From Lama glama (lineage: Eukaryota): a stretch of 64,000 nt of DNA. The notes beneath the pieces are model-generated. The model saw only the letters and a list, made by a program, of their open reading frames with translations. It had not been told where the DNA came from and did no database searches. Shown piece after piece: positions 1-12,590 of the stretch; position 1 is the first letter of the stretch, and the number at the start of each line of letters is the position of its first letter. The stretch covers positions 28,150,001 through 28,214,000 of the forward strand of contig CM052817.1 of the NCBI GenBank assembly GCA_028534125.1. Direction: 5' to 3'. The position numbers and the translations under genes were made by a program.

Positions 1-449
1 ATGCTTCAATAAAAAAGAATATGTTTCATGTCATACTTTCTTTACAAATAAGGAAATAATTTGATATTATGATTAAAAAAATAATACTAACAAGAAATAT
101 CCAGGCTTAGGTCTACCTGCTAAATTTCTGTTTTAACTAGGAATTGAACAAGGGGTATTTTTTTCTTTGAATTAATCATTGATGGTAATTTCCAAGGTAG
201 TTCTAGTTTGGTTAATATCACATTCAGCCCTCTATATAGCTTCTAGAATTTGTAACTTACTATTTTAAATAAATAGATTCTCATTCGTGTCAAACTTGAA
301 ATAATTCTGGATTGGTAAAATCGCCTATCATTGATAGTGTTTTTGTTCATGTTTTGAGTGGTTGCATAAATCAAGAATTAAGTTAGGAAGGAAAGCCATT
401 TCTAGTCTTGTCCTCTTTTGAGAAGACCTTTGCAGAATGAGAGTCATGC

Positions 450-860
450 TTGTCTTTAGCCACTCTGCTTTTTTTGCTTCTTTGAACAAACCTGTGGTTT
501 TCTGCCTCAGGGCCTTTTCACCTGCGACTGCAGCTGAGGAACTATCTCCAACCACTCCTGCCCACCTCAGATCTTTGCATTGATCTCTTCTAGTTTTGGT
601 GGATGGTATTTAATGACTCCTCTTCAGAGAGGCTTACTTCTTTTAAAAGTAGACTCCCTTCTTTTATCATTTCTGATTATATCCACTTTTTCCCCTTGGT
701 AATGCTGGTTACAATTTTTATTACATATTTACGTGTTTATTGAATGTTACCTGTCTCCCTCTAAGGGCAGGGATCATGCCTATTATGTTCACCTGTATAG
801 ATCCAGCAACTCTTTGATGTTTAGTAGGTGCTCAATAAATATTGTTAAATGAATAAATGA
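450..860 (+). mobile_element. LINE-2 3' end remnant
   Basis: cctcagggccttttcacctg... and terminal gtaggtgctcaataaatattgttaaatgaataaatga, typical of L2. Confidence 0.75.
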
Positions 861-1379
861 TTGTAAAAGTACATCTGAAGGAAATTCTTGCTGAAGGGTA
901 GATGCTAAACTAGCAAAACGAAATTATAATATAGGGAATAATAAACTGATTCTGGGAAAAGATGGCAAAAAGTTAGAAAGTACTACATTCATACTGAGCA
1001 GCTAGAAACAAATTGTAAACAGAATGAGGGTGGAGAGTGTTGAGAATAGCGTTGGTGTCTTTTATTGGCGCTGACTAGATATTTGGTCATTTCAAAAACG
1101 AGGGATTCTGTACGTGCTTAAAACACACCATGCTGAACTACAGCTATTTTGTTTAAGCATTATGTTACAATGGAAAGAATGGACCATAATTTTATATATC
1201 TTTATATTTACTATAGTCTGTTGCTGTATCTTATCCTTGGGTGGCACTCAGTAGATACTTACAGAATACTCATTGCCTGAATGAAAAAAGAATTATAAGG
1301 ATTTAGCCACTGAAAAGAAGAGCTTAATTTTTATTTTAGCTTAAGACAAGTGTGTGCATTATAGTTACTGAGCGCATGG

Positions 1380-1690
1380 TATACATCAGGGCACATATCT
1401 TCTCTCTCTAGCAGTTACTTCTTTATGCTTGTAGTCCAATGCAGTGGTCGTGGTTGTGAATTTCTCTGTGACTCTGACAAGCTCAGTATATGGCTTCATG
1501 ATCGCTGGGGTCGTCCACCTAGCAGATGGGGAAGGAAGAGAAACAGCATGGACAGGACACCGTCTGTTAACTGCCTTGGTCCACAAATGACATGTCACTT
1601 TTGCTCACATCCCATCGGCAAAACTCCCCACTTGTTTATTCTCCCCTTAAATGCAAGAGGCTGGGCAGTGTAGTTATGTGTGTATCAGAG
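1380..1690 (-). mobile_element. Ancient MaLR LTR (MLT1J/K-like)
   Basis: tcacttttgctcacatcccatcggcaaaaact...tgcaagaggctgggcagtgtagtt motif of old MLT1 LTRs. Confidence 0.6.
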
Positions 1691-1796
1691 TGTCTCACCT
1701 TCGTACTCATTGGAAGAAAATTCACAAAATTATGAACATCTCTAGTGAAATTACTCATAACTTATTTTCAACTTTATGCTATTTTCTGAAGTTTCT

Positions 1797-1954
1797 TTTT
1801 TTAACATTTTTTGTTGATTTATAATCATTTTACAATGTTGTGTCAAATTCCAGTGTTCAGCACAATTTTTCAGTCATTCATGGACATATACACACTCATT
1901 GTCACATTTTTTTCTCTGTGATTTATCATAACATTTTGTGTATATTTCCCTGTG
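1797..1954 (-). mobile_element. Young 5'-truncated camelid-type LINE-1 3' end with TSD
   Basis: Poly-T then acattttttgttgatttataatcattttacaatgttgtgtcaaattccagtg...; perfect 10-bp TSD TGAAGTTTCT at 1787-1796 and 1955-1964. Confidence 0.85.
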
Positions 1955-2699
1955 TGAAGTTTCTAAATAGGTATAAATTAAGTTGATAACCAGGGAAAAA
2001 CTATAAACGTTAAAAAAAAAAAAACTTGAAGCATGGTGTCAGGGCCATCTAAGTACCCTCCCTCTGGAGGTGCAGGCAGGTTGGGGCACTCACTGTAGAG
2101 TAAGTTTCAATATGACCTTGGATCTCAGGAGGTTGTTCAAGTGCTCACGTAAGTGACAGGAAATCCACTGAGTGCAGCATAAGGAGGACCTTCTCTATGC
2201 ACGGGTGATTTGGATTTAATATTTATCAGTGCTGATCTCCTGGATTGCTCTGGCTGATCTGGCTGGCTGGGAGGATTTTCCATTCTTCCCTAACTGTTTC
2301 CATGTTTCCTTTCCAAAACCTCTCCCTCTGTCGAAGAGAAGAATGTTTTCTGCTAGCAGTAATTCATCGTCTCCAATGCAGATGAAGTCTATTTGATGAT
2401 TTAATAGAACTAATATTGATGGCTCTATGTAGACATGCAACATGTTGACTGCCCTGTTTAAAGAGCATGAAAGACAGAAGGAATAAGCACTATGAGACTA
2501 TGACACCTCCCATCCTACACATTTGATTCCATATTCTATCTCTGGTCTCCACACTGAACTGAACAGGTATTTCTGCTGCAAGATCCTTTTCAGCACTCAC
2601 CACTGGCTTCAAAGTTCAAGTCTTTCATTTCCTTGTCCCATACTTATTTTCTGTTTCATTGACTGCTGCTTTCTTGCACTTGTCCTGTTAAGGAGTCCA

Positions 2700-3443
<744 letters not shown>

Positions 3444-3544
3444 TGACTCCTTCATACTTCATGAGTCACTTCCACATCTAAGATACTGTTTCAACAGCCA
3501 TCAGTTAAAAATTAGGTCATTATGCTTAGCAAACTAGGTTGACT

Positions 3545-3719
3545 TTTTTTTTTTTCAAATTGGCGTCTCTCTCTTTTTTACTGATGTATAGTCATTTTAC
3601 AATGTTTACTCTTCTCGTGTACAGCAAAGTGATTCAGTTCTACATGTATATATTCTTTTTCATATTCTTTTATAGCACAGGGAATTATGTTCAATACCTT
3701 ATAAAAGCCTGTAATGAAA
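3545..3719 (-). mobile_element. LINE-1 3' end with internal inversion
   Basis: Antisense L1 tail 3574-3670 abutting a sense L1 piece tatagcacagggaattatgttcaatacc...aatgaaa (3671-3719); TSD taggttgact (3535) / tagattgact (3720). Confidence 0.8.
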
Positions 3720-5441
3720 TAGATTGACTGACTTCTCAAAGCCAAATTCCTAACATATAAGTAGTCTTCTCCCAGTGTGTAATGACTAAAACAACGTCTC
3801 TATTTCATAGCCAAGGATGGGGAAGAAGACAGACTACAGTGTTCAAAGCATTTGAGCAAAGCTTAGGAGTTAATTTCTAGTTAATCATCCTTAAGACACC
3901 TGTTGAGCTTTTATCATCACTTGTATGGATATTTAAACCAGAGAAGACTGAGTGCTGCATTCAGTGGAGGTGGATTCAGTTGGAATGTTACGAAGATGTA
4001 AAGGCTGATTTGACTTCCTCCCATTCCTGGGGAGGTCGCAGATTTCATCTGAGGTGCATTTCTCCATTAATTTTCCGTTAAGAACTCTTGAGCAGCACTT
4101 GGAAAGTTATTCTTCTATAAATGTACAGACCATGATCCAGATTTTATAGTAAAAAATGAACCCTTAAAATGTGATAGATTCTGCATGGTAATGTAGGAAT
4201 ATATTATTCAGGCCCTGGGGCCATTGGTAATGATCTTAGGTTAAGACAAGTTTTTGAAATTGCCTGGAAGCATTGGTGAAATGACTTTCTGTTAAAAATA
4301 GGCATTATTATTTCAGGAATGGGATTCATAATCACTACCATTAAGGTAGCAAACCAATATTTTTCATTGTAATACTATTTTATGTTATTCTTAATATTTA
4401 AATAAAATGGTCTCTTTTGATGAATTATTCAATGCCTCGGCATTATATCATGACATGGGAGGGGTGGGGAGAAGGAATTTTAACCATAGACACCTGACTA
4501 TTTTTCATTTAAAGGAAGTATTCGGAAAGGCCATATTATGAGGATTTAGAAAAGAAATTAAAGGGTAAAAGCAGTTAAAAATCAAAGAGTCTTTTCATAT
4601 ATAGAATTTACCAGTGGAGGGTTTCATAGATTAGGGGTGGGATCAAGAACCAAAAACCAGAAACTGATAACTATGTTTTACTAGTTTGGAAACAATCCTG
4701 TGCAGATGTCTAGTCATTAGGCTGAGTTCACCTTAGTGGTCTCTGTATTTCACTCAGTGCAGAAATTGTTACTGCCAAAGTTTGACCAAGACTCTATGAC
4801 GATTAAGCTTAAAAATGTTTGCATTTTTGTGATTAATTTAGCTTGTCATGATTTGAATTAACTCTATGATTTGGAGGGTTATTTACAAAACTGCGGAATC
4901 TGTTTAAGTACTTCGATTTGAATTTGTTCAAATCCCCCCCCCAAAAACTATCATATGAGTAAATACCTTAAATCTTCAAAGCCTACAAGAGAAAAGCTTT
5001 TCCCCGCTATGGCTTTATCCTGACAGTGCTATAAATTCACAAATAGCAAATAGAGGAAATTCCAAAATCAAAATTTTAGTACTAGACTAGGTTACAATAT
5101 TTACTTATATTTTTATGCATAATTCATCACTTTTTTGAGAAAAAATCCAATAAGGCTGTCATTTTCTAATAATTTTACCTCATTTCATTTAGTCATACTT
5201 TAAGAAGACAATAATGGTTGCTAGCAGAGGTCCCTCAAATCAGTTAATCAGTTTCTTTTTTTTCCAGCTGGTCCTTCTTTTTTTTTCTTTTTTTAATAAT
5301 TGTAAAGTAATCATCACATGGTAGGTATTTACAAATGTGGGCCATCTTCGTTAGTATCATCAACACCATCACCTTCATCATTATCATAATCTCTAATCTC
5401 TGCAGGGCAAAACAGAAGTTAGAAGAGCTCCTACCCCGGAT

Positions 5442-5545
5442 CAGAGCTGCCAGCTGCACTGTCCCGGGGGCTCTATCCACATCACTGTCTGTGTGAACAG
5501 CACCCCCTGGGGTTGTGCAGTACAGTCTACACAGTGCTGTGTCGC
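5442..5545. mobile_element. MER91-like hAT-Tip100 MITE
   Basis: Internal palindrome ctgcac..cccggggg...ccccctggggttgtgcag, as in MER91. Confidence 0.6.
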
Positions 5546-8114
5546 GAGCTGACTTGGATGCTCGCTAAGAGATGTGTATGACATGAAGGGTGACGCATGT
5601 CTCAGGCATGACTGAATAGGTTCCCACAGGCATCCCAAAATGCAATAGCCGAGAAGCCCCAGGGGGTAAAAGCAGAAGTTACACATTCGATTGCTCCCAT
5701 AGATGGATGTGGGGCCAGACAGGACTCTTCCCTGGATCTCTGTGTATTTTCCAAATCCTTTGGAAAGCAAGCAGGAGACCTAACTAGACGTAACTGTAAT
5801 GTAGCAGTTTCTCTGAGGCAGGAAAAAGGGAGGACCTAGGAGTCAGGTATTTGATCAGTGTTCCAATGCATAAATAATCTTATTGAGGAAAGGAACTGTG
5901 ACTGAAGAAATAGTCAGGTTTTTCTTCCCGTTTTAGGTTATAAAACCTTAAAGCATTCAACCTGCAACTTGAGAGGAAACTCTAAATATAAATGTAATCT
6001 TTCAAAGACCCTATATGTCACTTGGCTTCCTCTCTATTAGTTTTGCATTATGTTATTGCTGCCTCATAAAACATTGGCATGTGCCTTGCAAAAATTTGAG
6101 CTGTGCAGAGACTAGTCATTGAAAGTGTTTGTTTCAAACATTTGTACTCTTAGCAGCACTTGTTTAGAAAGTTGTCTATAAAATTAGAACAAATCTTCAT
6201 TTCATTTGTCAATTCATTAACCCTATAGAATCCTGGGTAATTGAGGATGTTCAGTGTTAATCAAGATTGTAAAATGTAGTGATGGAGAGAAAAGGTCACC
6301 TGGATGATCAGGTGGGCCTTGTAGATGGTGGTTCGCTGGTGAATCACTCCAGGGCCTTGAGCTGGTCTAAATTGTGGCTCTTCAGATGTGAATACCTGAC
6401 TTTTTCATGTCTCTCAGAGATGACAAGAATGTAATGCCTGAGAGAAGCCAATTTGGAAATCTGAAAACCTAGAATCTAGTCATGTAGCCTGGAAATAGGG
6501 ATGTGTTAGAGGTTGTTTGGGTTATTCCTACAAACAGAGAAGTTTGAGAATTATTGACCTACACGTAAAAAGAAAATCTAACAAAAAATATTCCTTAGTG
6601 TTCTTTATGGCTTCCATGTTTATTGAGGAAAATGGAGAAGATGTGTGTTGATCTGTGATCTTATTGTGATCGGCTAGATCACCAGGAGGGTCTTTCTTGA
6701 GCCAAAGATAAGTAGAGGCACACTGATAGACGTGCTTCCTGCTGGTGCTCGAATTCCTCAGTCACTCGTTGGTTTAGAAACAGGCCTAGAAATCTTACCA
6801 GTATGCTTTGAAATAGGTGTTCTGGTTTAGGTCTCTTTAAGAAATTCTACTGTAAGGATATTTATATCTAGATAAATAATTTTATTCATTTTTTGGAAAA
6901 TTTTTGAAAACCTTTTTTATTTATTAAAAAATTACATATTGTTTTCTCATGCAAGACAAATTACAAAACAACTGTAGAGCTCATAGTTCTCCATCTAGTT
7001 TGCATGACTGAGTTTGAGATACACCTTGCTCTCAGCAGCAGCATTATTTCCAGAGTCTCTAAGGGTGGGTCAATGATGCAGATAATTAAGGTCATTAACT
7101 GTTTCTAATTTATTCTTATGGGATTAAATTTCAGGCAGTAATCTTTTCTTGCCCTTCTCTGCAAACCTTCTAATCATACTCTGTTAGAATTGTCTACTGT
7201 AATTTCCGTAATTTTAATTTCTAAAAATTTAAAATTACTGTATTAGAGAAAAAATAGATGCAAAGAAGAAAAGTAACTACAGCACATACTCTCATTTAGT
7301 GGCTCCTTTTAAGAACTCAAACATATAACCTCCATCTATGTATATACGTTCCTACCTCTGGTTGGTGTGCGTGTGTTGAGCAGTCTAACATTTCAAAACA
7401 AATAAAATAAAAGTAATAGTGCATTTGCCTAACACTTTACATTATGCAAAGGGTTTTACTTACATTATTGTACTTAATTTACCCAATTTTTGTGAAATAA
7501 GCAGCATGTTATTATGATGGTGATGCCTGTTTTTAAATAATTATTTTTAAATAAATAAATATCAGAGAAATCAGCTGGCCCCAAATGCTGCCTTTTGTTG
7601 TTTTTTCAAAGTATAATGCTCCATATAAAAATTTCCAACTTTACCTCTTGAAATGTTACAATGACAAAATATGAAGATTTACAAGACTAAATATATCACA
7701 TTATGATATCATCTGGTCTTTTGAAACTTTAACATTTGGTTAGCAGATTTTTAACTGTATCATTTATTGAACATTCGGTCCTCTCCTAGGGGAGGTTTTT
7801 CTGCAGAGTTAAATAGCTTCTTAAATTGTACTTTGAAAAATTATCAAAAATTACATTTTTGTAGCAGCATTTGATTGAATTGTCATGAGACTGCAAGAGT
7901 TGATGGAGACCACGGGAGGGATGACTTAGTGCCCTGAAGGAAGACAGCTGCTCCGTGTTGCTCACCTAGCATGGAGGGTATTGACCCAACTTTCCGGCCA
8001 TACTTGTCTAATTCACTGAATCTAGTTTTGGTAATAGAATAATATTCTAGGAAAAAAATGAAACAATGCTCTTAATGACTCTAGTCCCAGTGGTTTATTT
8101 GGACCACTCTGGAC

Positions 8115-8245
8115 AAACAACAACAACAATAGTAAGCATTGATTAAGTACTTCCCGAACACCAGGCACTGTTCTCATTGTTTATGTGCATTGACATGTGT
8201 ATTCCTCCGAGCAACTCTATAAGGTGGTGTCATTCATTATTAATC
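8115..8245 (-). mobile_element. MIR SINE fragment
   Basis: aacaatagtaagcattgattaagtacttccc...ccaggcactgttct...caactctataagg, the MIR 3' half. Confidence 0.65.
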
Positions 8246-8411
8246 AATTAGTCACAACTTGCGCTTCTTTTCTCTATATGAAACATTAAGTTGTAGGATT
8301 TAAAATCCATTTATCCAGGGAAATTCTTATGTAATATGCTGTCAAAACAAGCATCTACTAAGGGAGATAATTGCCTTTTTAGCTATCAGTAGGCAAGAAA
8401 CTCTAGGATTT

Positions 8412-8541
8412 TCTTTTTTACATTTTTTTATTGCGTTATAGTCATTTTACAATGTTGTGTCAAATTCCAGTGTAGAGCACAAATTTTCAGTTATACATGA
8501 ACATACACATATTCATTGTCACTTTGTTTTTTCGCTGTGAG
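8412..8541 (-). mobile_element. Camelid-type LINE-1 3' end fragment
   Basis: Clearly homologous to 1797-1954 (shared tcattttacaatgttgtgtcaaattccagtgt). Confidence 0.85.
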
Positions 8542-8939
8542 TGGAGTTTTGATAACAACTTTGAACAATGCAAGAATCTACATTGAGAAATTAGATGACA
8601 TCACTCAAGAAGCAGAAAAAAGCACCAAAAATGAGTTGGTACTACTGATATATTACTTGGGTGCAATTAAAGAATTGTAAATTGTTTGAGTACTGTGACC
8701 ACCTTCCACATACCATCCCTTTGCTACTCCTTCTCACAGCATTTAACGGTGATACTAATCAGGACCCCAAGAAATGTTCTTACTCAGAGTTAACAAATTG
8801 AATGACACTCTCATTAACAGTGATTATTTTCTTCCGTTCCTGCTCTTTTGGGTTTGGAGATTTCCTATACTGGATAGGAACAGAGTTTGCATGGTGGTAG
8901 CTTGCTCCATTCAAGTCTTTCTGTGGTGACTTATCTTCA

Positions 8940-9060
8940 ATATTCATCCAATCATTTGTTCAATAACCGTTTACTGCGTATCTACTCTGGAGCAGGCATT
9001 ATGCTAGCTAAGATGAGGACTAAAACCCAATATTCCTGCTGTCATGGAATATTCAGCAGT
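8940..9060 (-). mobile_element. LINE-2 3' end fragment
   Basis: attcatccaatcatttgttcaataaccgtttactgcgtatctactctggagcaggcattatgctag. Confidence 0.6.
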
Positions 9061-11005
9061 GTATTGTGAATGGCTGTGTAAAGTGATTCCTGGAAGAATT
9101 CAGATGTAACACTGGACTTGGACTCTGTTTCTGTCTCCAGAGGATTCTCCCTCCTTGTTTTCTTGTTGGCCATTCATTGCCTCTGCCACCCAGTCTCCAT
9201 TTCTCCAATGCTTATGTTTTCCTCAGTTTAGTCTTTCTCTTGTTAGACCATCATTAGGAATCTATCTAATATAATCTCTTCTTTCTCTTGCTTTCCATCT
9301 AATTTATTTCTGTCTCTAGGCCCAAGATCTGAAGGGTAATCTATATAATTAACGACCCTTATCTTGACACTGCAAGTCTCCAGAAGTCAGTAATGGTGGC
9401 TCTGACTGTGAGCACTGACTTATCCAATCAAGTCCTGTGAATCTTATTAAAGTTTTCTCTCTTTAGTTCAATGAATCTCTAAATTGGAATATGTCTTATT
9501 CTCTTCTATTTATCAGAATCCTTGTATCATCATGACATTTTAATTTGTAGAAGCTTGGTTTCAATTGCTTGAAGACGAATCCCACGAATTTGTCTGAATT
9601 CTGACTTCAGAACAACATGCTGAGCAAGCCCACAGATTCCGCAAGATGACTTGGAACTGCTTAATGAGCTCTTACTGCAGCCCATGCGCACCACATAATT
9701 AGGGAATTAGCACCTGATGTCTCCAAACTTTATAAAAGCAATAGAAGAGCGGGACTAGACAAACATTCTCTGGGTGGCCTACTCATGCTTGCAGACATTC
9801 CACTATCTTCCCTGAAACCCAGTATTTGAATGTTGTATAAAAGCCATATAAACATTTAATTGTCTATTAATTGACACTATATAAATATATCAATCCCTCA
9901 ATCACTATTGCCTGGAAGGAATTTTTAACATTATGCACAGAATAAAATACCATACAGAAATGTTTGGTTAAGGGAATTGTATGCATGTGCACACGTCTAT
10001 TCAACTAAGAATTTGGATCTCTCTGCTAAATTTTATTTTTCTAATAATTTGTCATCTCACCTAATTGCGGACAAATTATTTATGTCTTAGAACCTACCAT
10101 GAAGAGGGAAGAAGCAGATGTACATTTTGTCCATGTAGCTCTCACACACAGTTCATCGACCAAATTACAGGAGTATTCCTTATTTTATTGATTCCTAAAC
10201 AACAAAATTAGGCCATGAAAGCATTAAGTTGCTTCTTTATGTATCTTTTATGGAACTAATGATATGGAATTACAGATCTTCATTATGTGAAATCTCCGAA
10301 AGCTTGACTGGTTTGGGTGGACAGATGGTAGAGTCGGTGGACAGAAGTGGATAGAGGTGGGTAGAGGTGGGTGGAGTCGTGAAAGCCAAGGTGTTGATTT
10401 GCAGGAGGTACAGTCTTTGTGAGCAGAGAAGGCGCTGCGGAATTATGCGCCACCAGGTCAGCGGAGGGAGAATAGGAAGGAAGTCAGAGTCCCAAACCAG
10501 TGGAAACTCACTGAGGGCCACCTTAGGAAGGGGACAGGAGGTGGATGGGCTATGGCCGTAGAGGAAGTCGGTGGGTCTAGAGATGGGGAGGGGCTTCATG
10601 GATTAGAACTTGGTCTGTGTGAAGAAGCTGTGGGCAACCCTGCTTTGAGGGCCCCAGAAGCAGCCCACGCTGGCAGAGAGCTGTCCTTACCTGTGCAGTG
10701 CCTTTGGTGGGGAGCCAGGGTCACCTGCCCCTCATGGCCGTCTTGGGAGCACCTTCTTTTGACAGCCACCAGCACACACAGCTCATGCCGAAGTAATGCT
10801 CTCTCATGTCCCGAGATTCTGCTGAACTCCTTCCAAACTGTCCCAAGTAAACACTCCCCTTCTCCCTGACACAGGACTCCTGATTTCCCCTCGAAACAAA
10901 AAGCAGGGCCTTTGGCATCCAGATCAATCATGCTGTTTATGTGAAAAATAAAGCCTGCAGTATCCGTGTTTAGGAAGGACTGAATGATGGTAGTTACTCA
11001 CCTCA

Positions 11006-11470
11006 TGTGTTAGTTTCCTATTGCTGTTGAATCAAAATGCCACAAACTTAGTGGCTTAAAACAACACAGATTTATCACTTTATAGTTCTAGAGGTCACAT
11101 GTCCGAAATCTGGCAAAAATCAAGGTTTCAGCAGGGCTGTGTTCCTCCTGGATGCTGTAGGGAAGAGTCCATTCCTTGCCGTTTGCAGCGTCTGGAGGCT
11201 GCACATTCCTTGGCTCAAGGGTTCGCATCACTCCGACCTCTGCTTCCGTTGTTACATCTCCGTTTCTAACTCCCTCGCCTCCTTTTTCTCTTTTAAAGAT
11301 ACTTGTGATTACACTGGGCTCACCTGAGTAATCCAGGCCAATCTTTCTATCTCAAGATCCTTAACAAAATTGCTTCTGCAAAATCTCTTTTGCCATTTAA
11401 GGTAACATATTCACAGGTTGTGGGATTTGGGCATGGCCATTTTGAGGTGACTTTTAGTCTGTCTCCTACA
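11006..11470 (-). mobile_element. MaLR solo LTR (MLT1B/C-like)
   Basis: tgtgttagtttcctattgctg...ccacaaacttagtggcttaaaacaacacagatttat...aggtaacatattcacagg...ctaca, with TG...CA ends. Confidence 0.85.
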
Positions 11471-11518
11471 CCTGGTAGGTGCGGTGAGCCTATTTTGTCT
11501 ACAAGAAGACTAGGAGTT

Positions 11519-11935
11519 TGTGGTAGATTAAATCATTGGCTCTGTTATCTCCACTCCCTGGTAGTGCACGGACATGCTTTTGCATGGAGTGTGCCTTTAC
11601 AACCTTTGACTTCAGTCTTGGCCACCTGACTCCCACTGGACAATGGGATGGTAATAGATGTAGCACGTGCAGAGGCTTGAAATGTGTGAATTGCGTGTTT
11701 GGGTTTGCCCTCTTGTACTCCTTCCATCACCAAAAGAAGGACATGCTGCAGGAGGCTGGCTGGTCCCAGAAGAATGAGAGACACAAAGAACAGACCTGGA
11801 CCCAAGCCCTGCATAGCTTAGCCTAGATCCTAGACTGCTAGCAGCCCCTCAGACTCATGAGTGAGCAGTAAATGCTTAGGGTTGTATTCCACTCAGTGAG
11901 GGTGGTCTGTTTAACCACAGAAGCAAACTGGCTCA
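11519..11935 (+). mobile_element. MaLR solo LTR (MLT1H/I-like), inserted in a MIR
   Basis: tgtggtagattaaa...cagaggcttgaaatgtg...ttgccctcttg...; MIR-like sequence on both sides (11471-11518, 11940-12030). Confidence 0.75.
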
Positions 11936-12301
11936 AGCTCACAGATACTGAGCAGTTTGCTCAAAGTCACAGGATGGTAAGTGATGTAACTACCAGAACG
12001 TTTATCTTCAAAGACTGGGCTCTGATCTGCTGAGCAAGTAGTGTCCAGCCTCTCATCAGATGCCTGAATTTTCTCTACAGTATTACTGCCAAGGTATTAT
12101 CTAGCCTTTGGTGGGGATTCCTAGGCGCATGAGATTTAGGGTCATTGGCAGGCCAAGGTTTCAAGTCTTCTCCCCGTTCTATGGATATTGAATCTATCGA
12201 AACTGGTCTACCGGGAGCGACTGAAGACCATCTGCCATCCACTTCTATGAATGTAACTTAAGATTAAATTAACATTTTTGGTGTCTACATCACCCTATTG
12301 T

Positions 12302-12590
12302 TTTTTTTTAATTCTTATTTTTATTGAAGTGTAGTTGACTTACAATGTTAGTTTCAGGTGTACAGCAAAGCAATTCAGTTATATATATATACATATATAT
12401 ATCTGTATACATTTTTGTACATACATATATTTTCAGTTTCTTTTCCATTATGGCTCATTGCAAGAAATTGAATATAGTTTCCTGTACTATACAATAGGTC
12501 CTTGTTGTTTATCAATTTTATATATAGTAATGTTTATCTGTTAATCCCAAACTCCTAATCTATCCCTCCCTGCCCTTCCCCTTCTATGTC
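12302..12590 (-). mobile_element. Artiodactyl-type LINE-1 3' end with TSD
   Basis: Poly-T, ttattgaagtgtagttgacttacaatgttagtttcaggtgtacagcaaag...; 17-bp TSD ctacatcaccctattgt (12285) / ctacatcacactgttgt (12591). Confidence 0.85.

Noticed and set aside
10270..10931. Cluster of 100-110 aa ORFs
   Set aside because: No recognisable domain or exon structure; purine-rich sequence most consistent with a decayed L2 or other old repeat.
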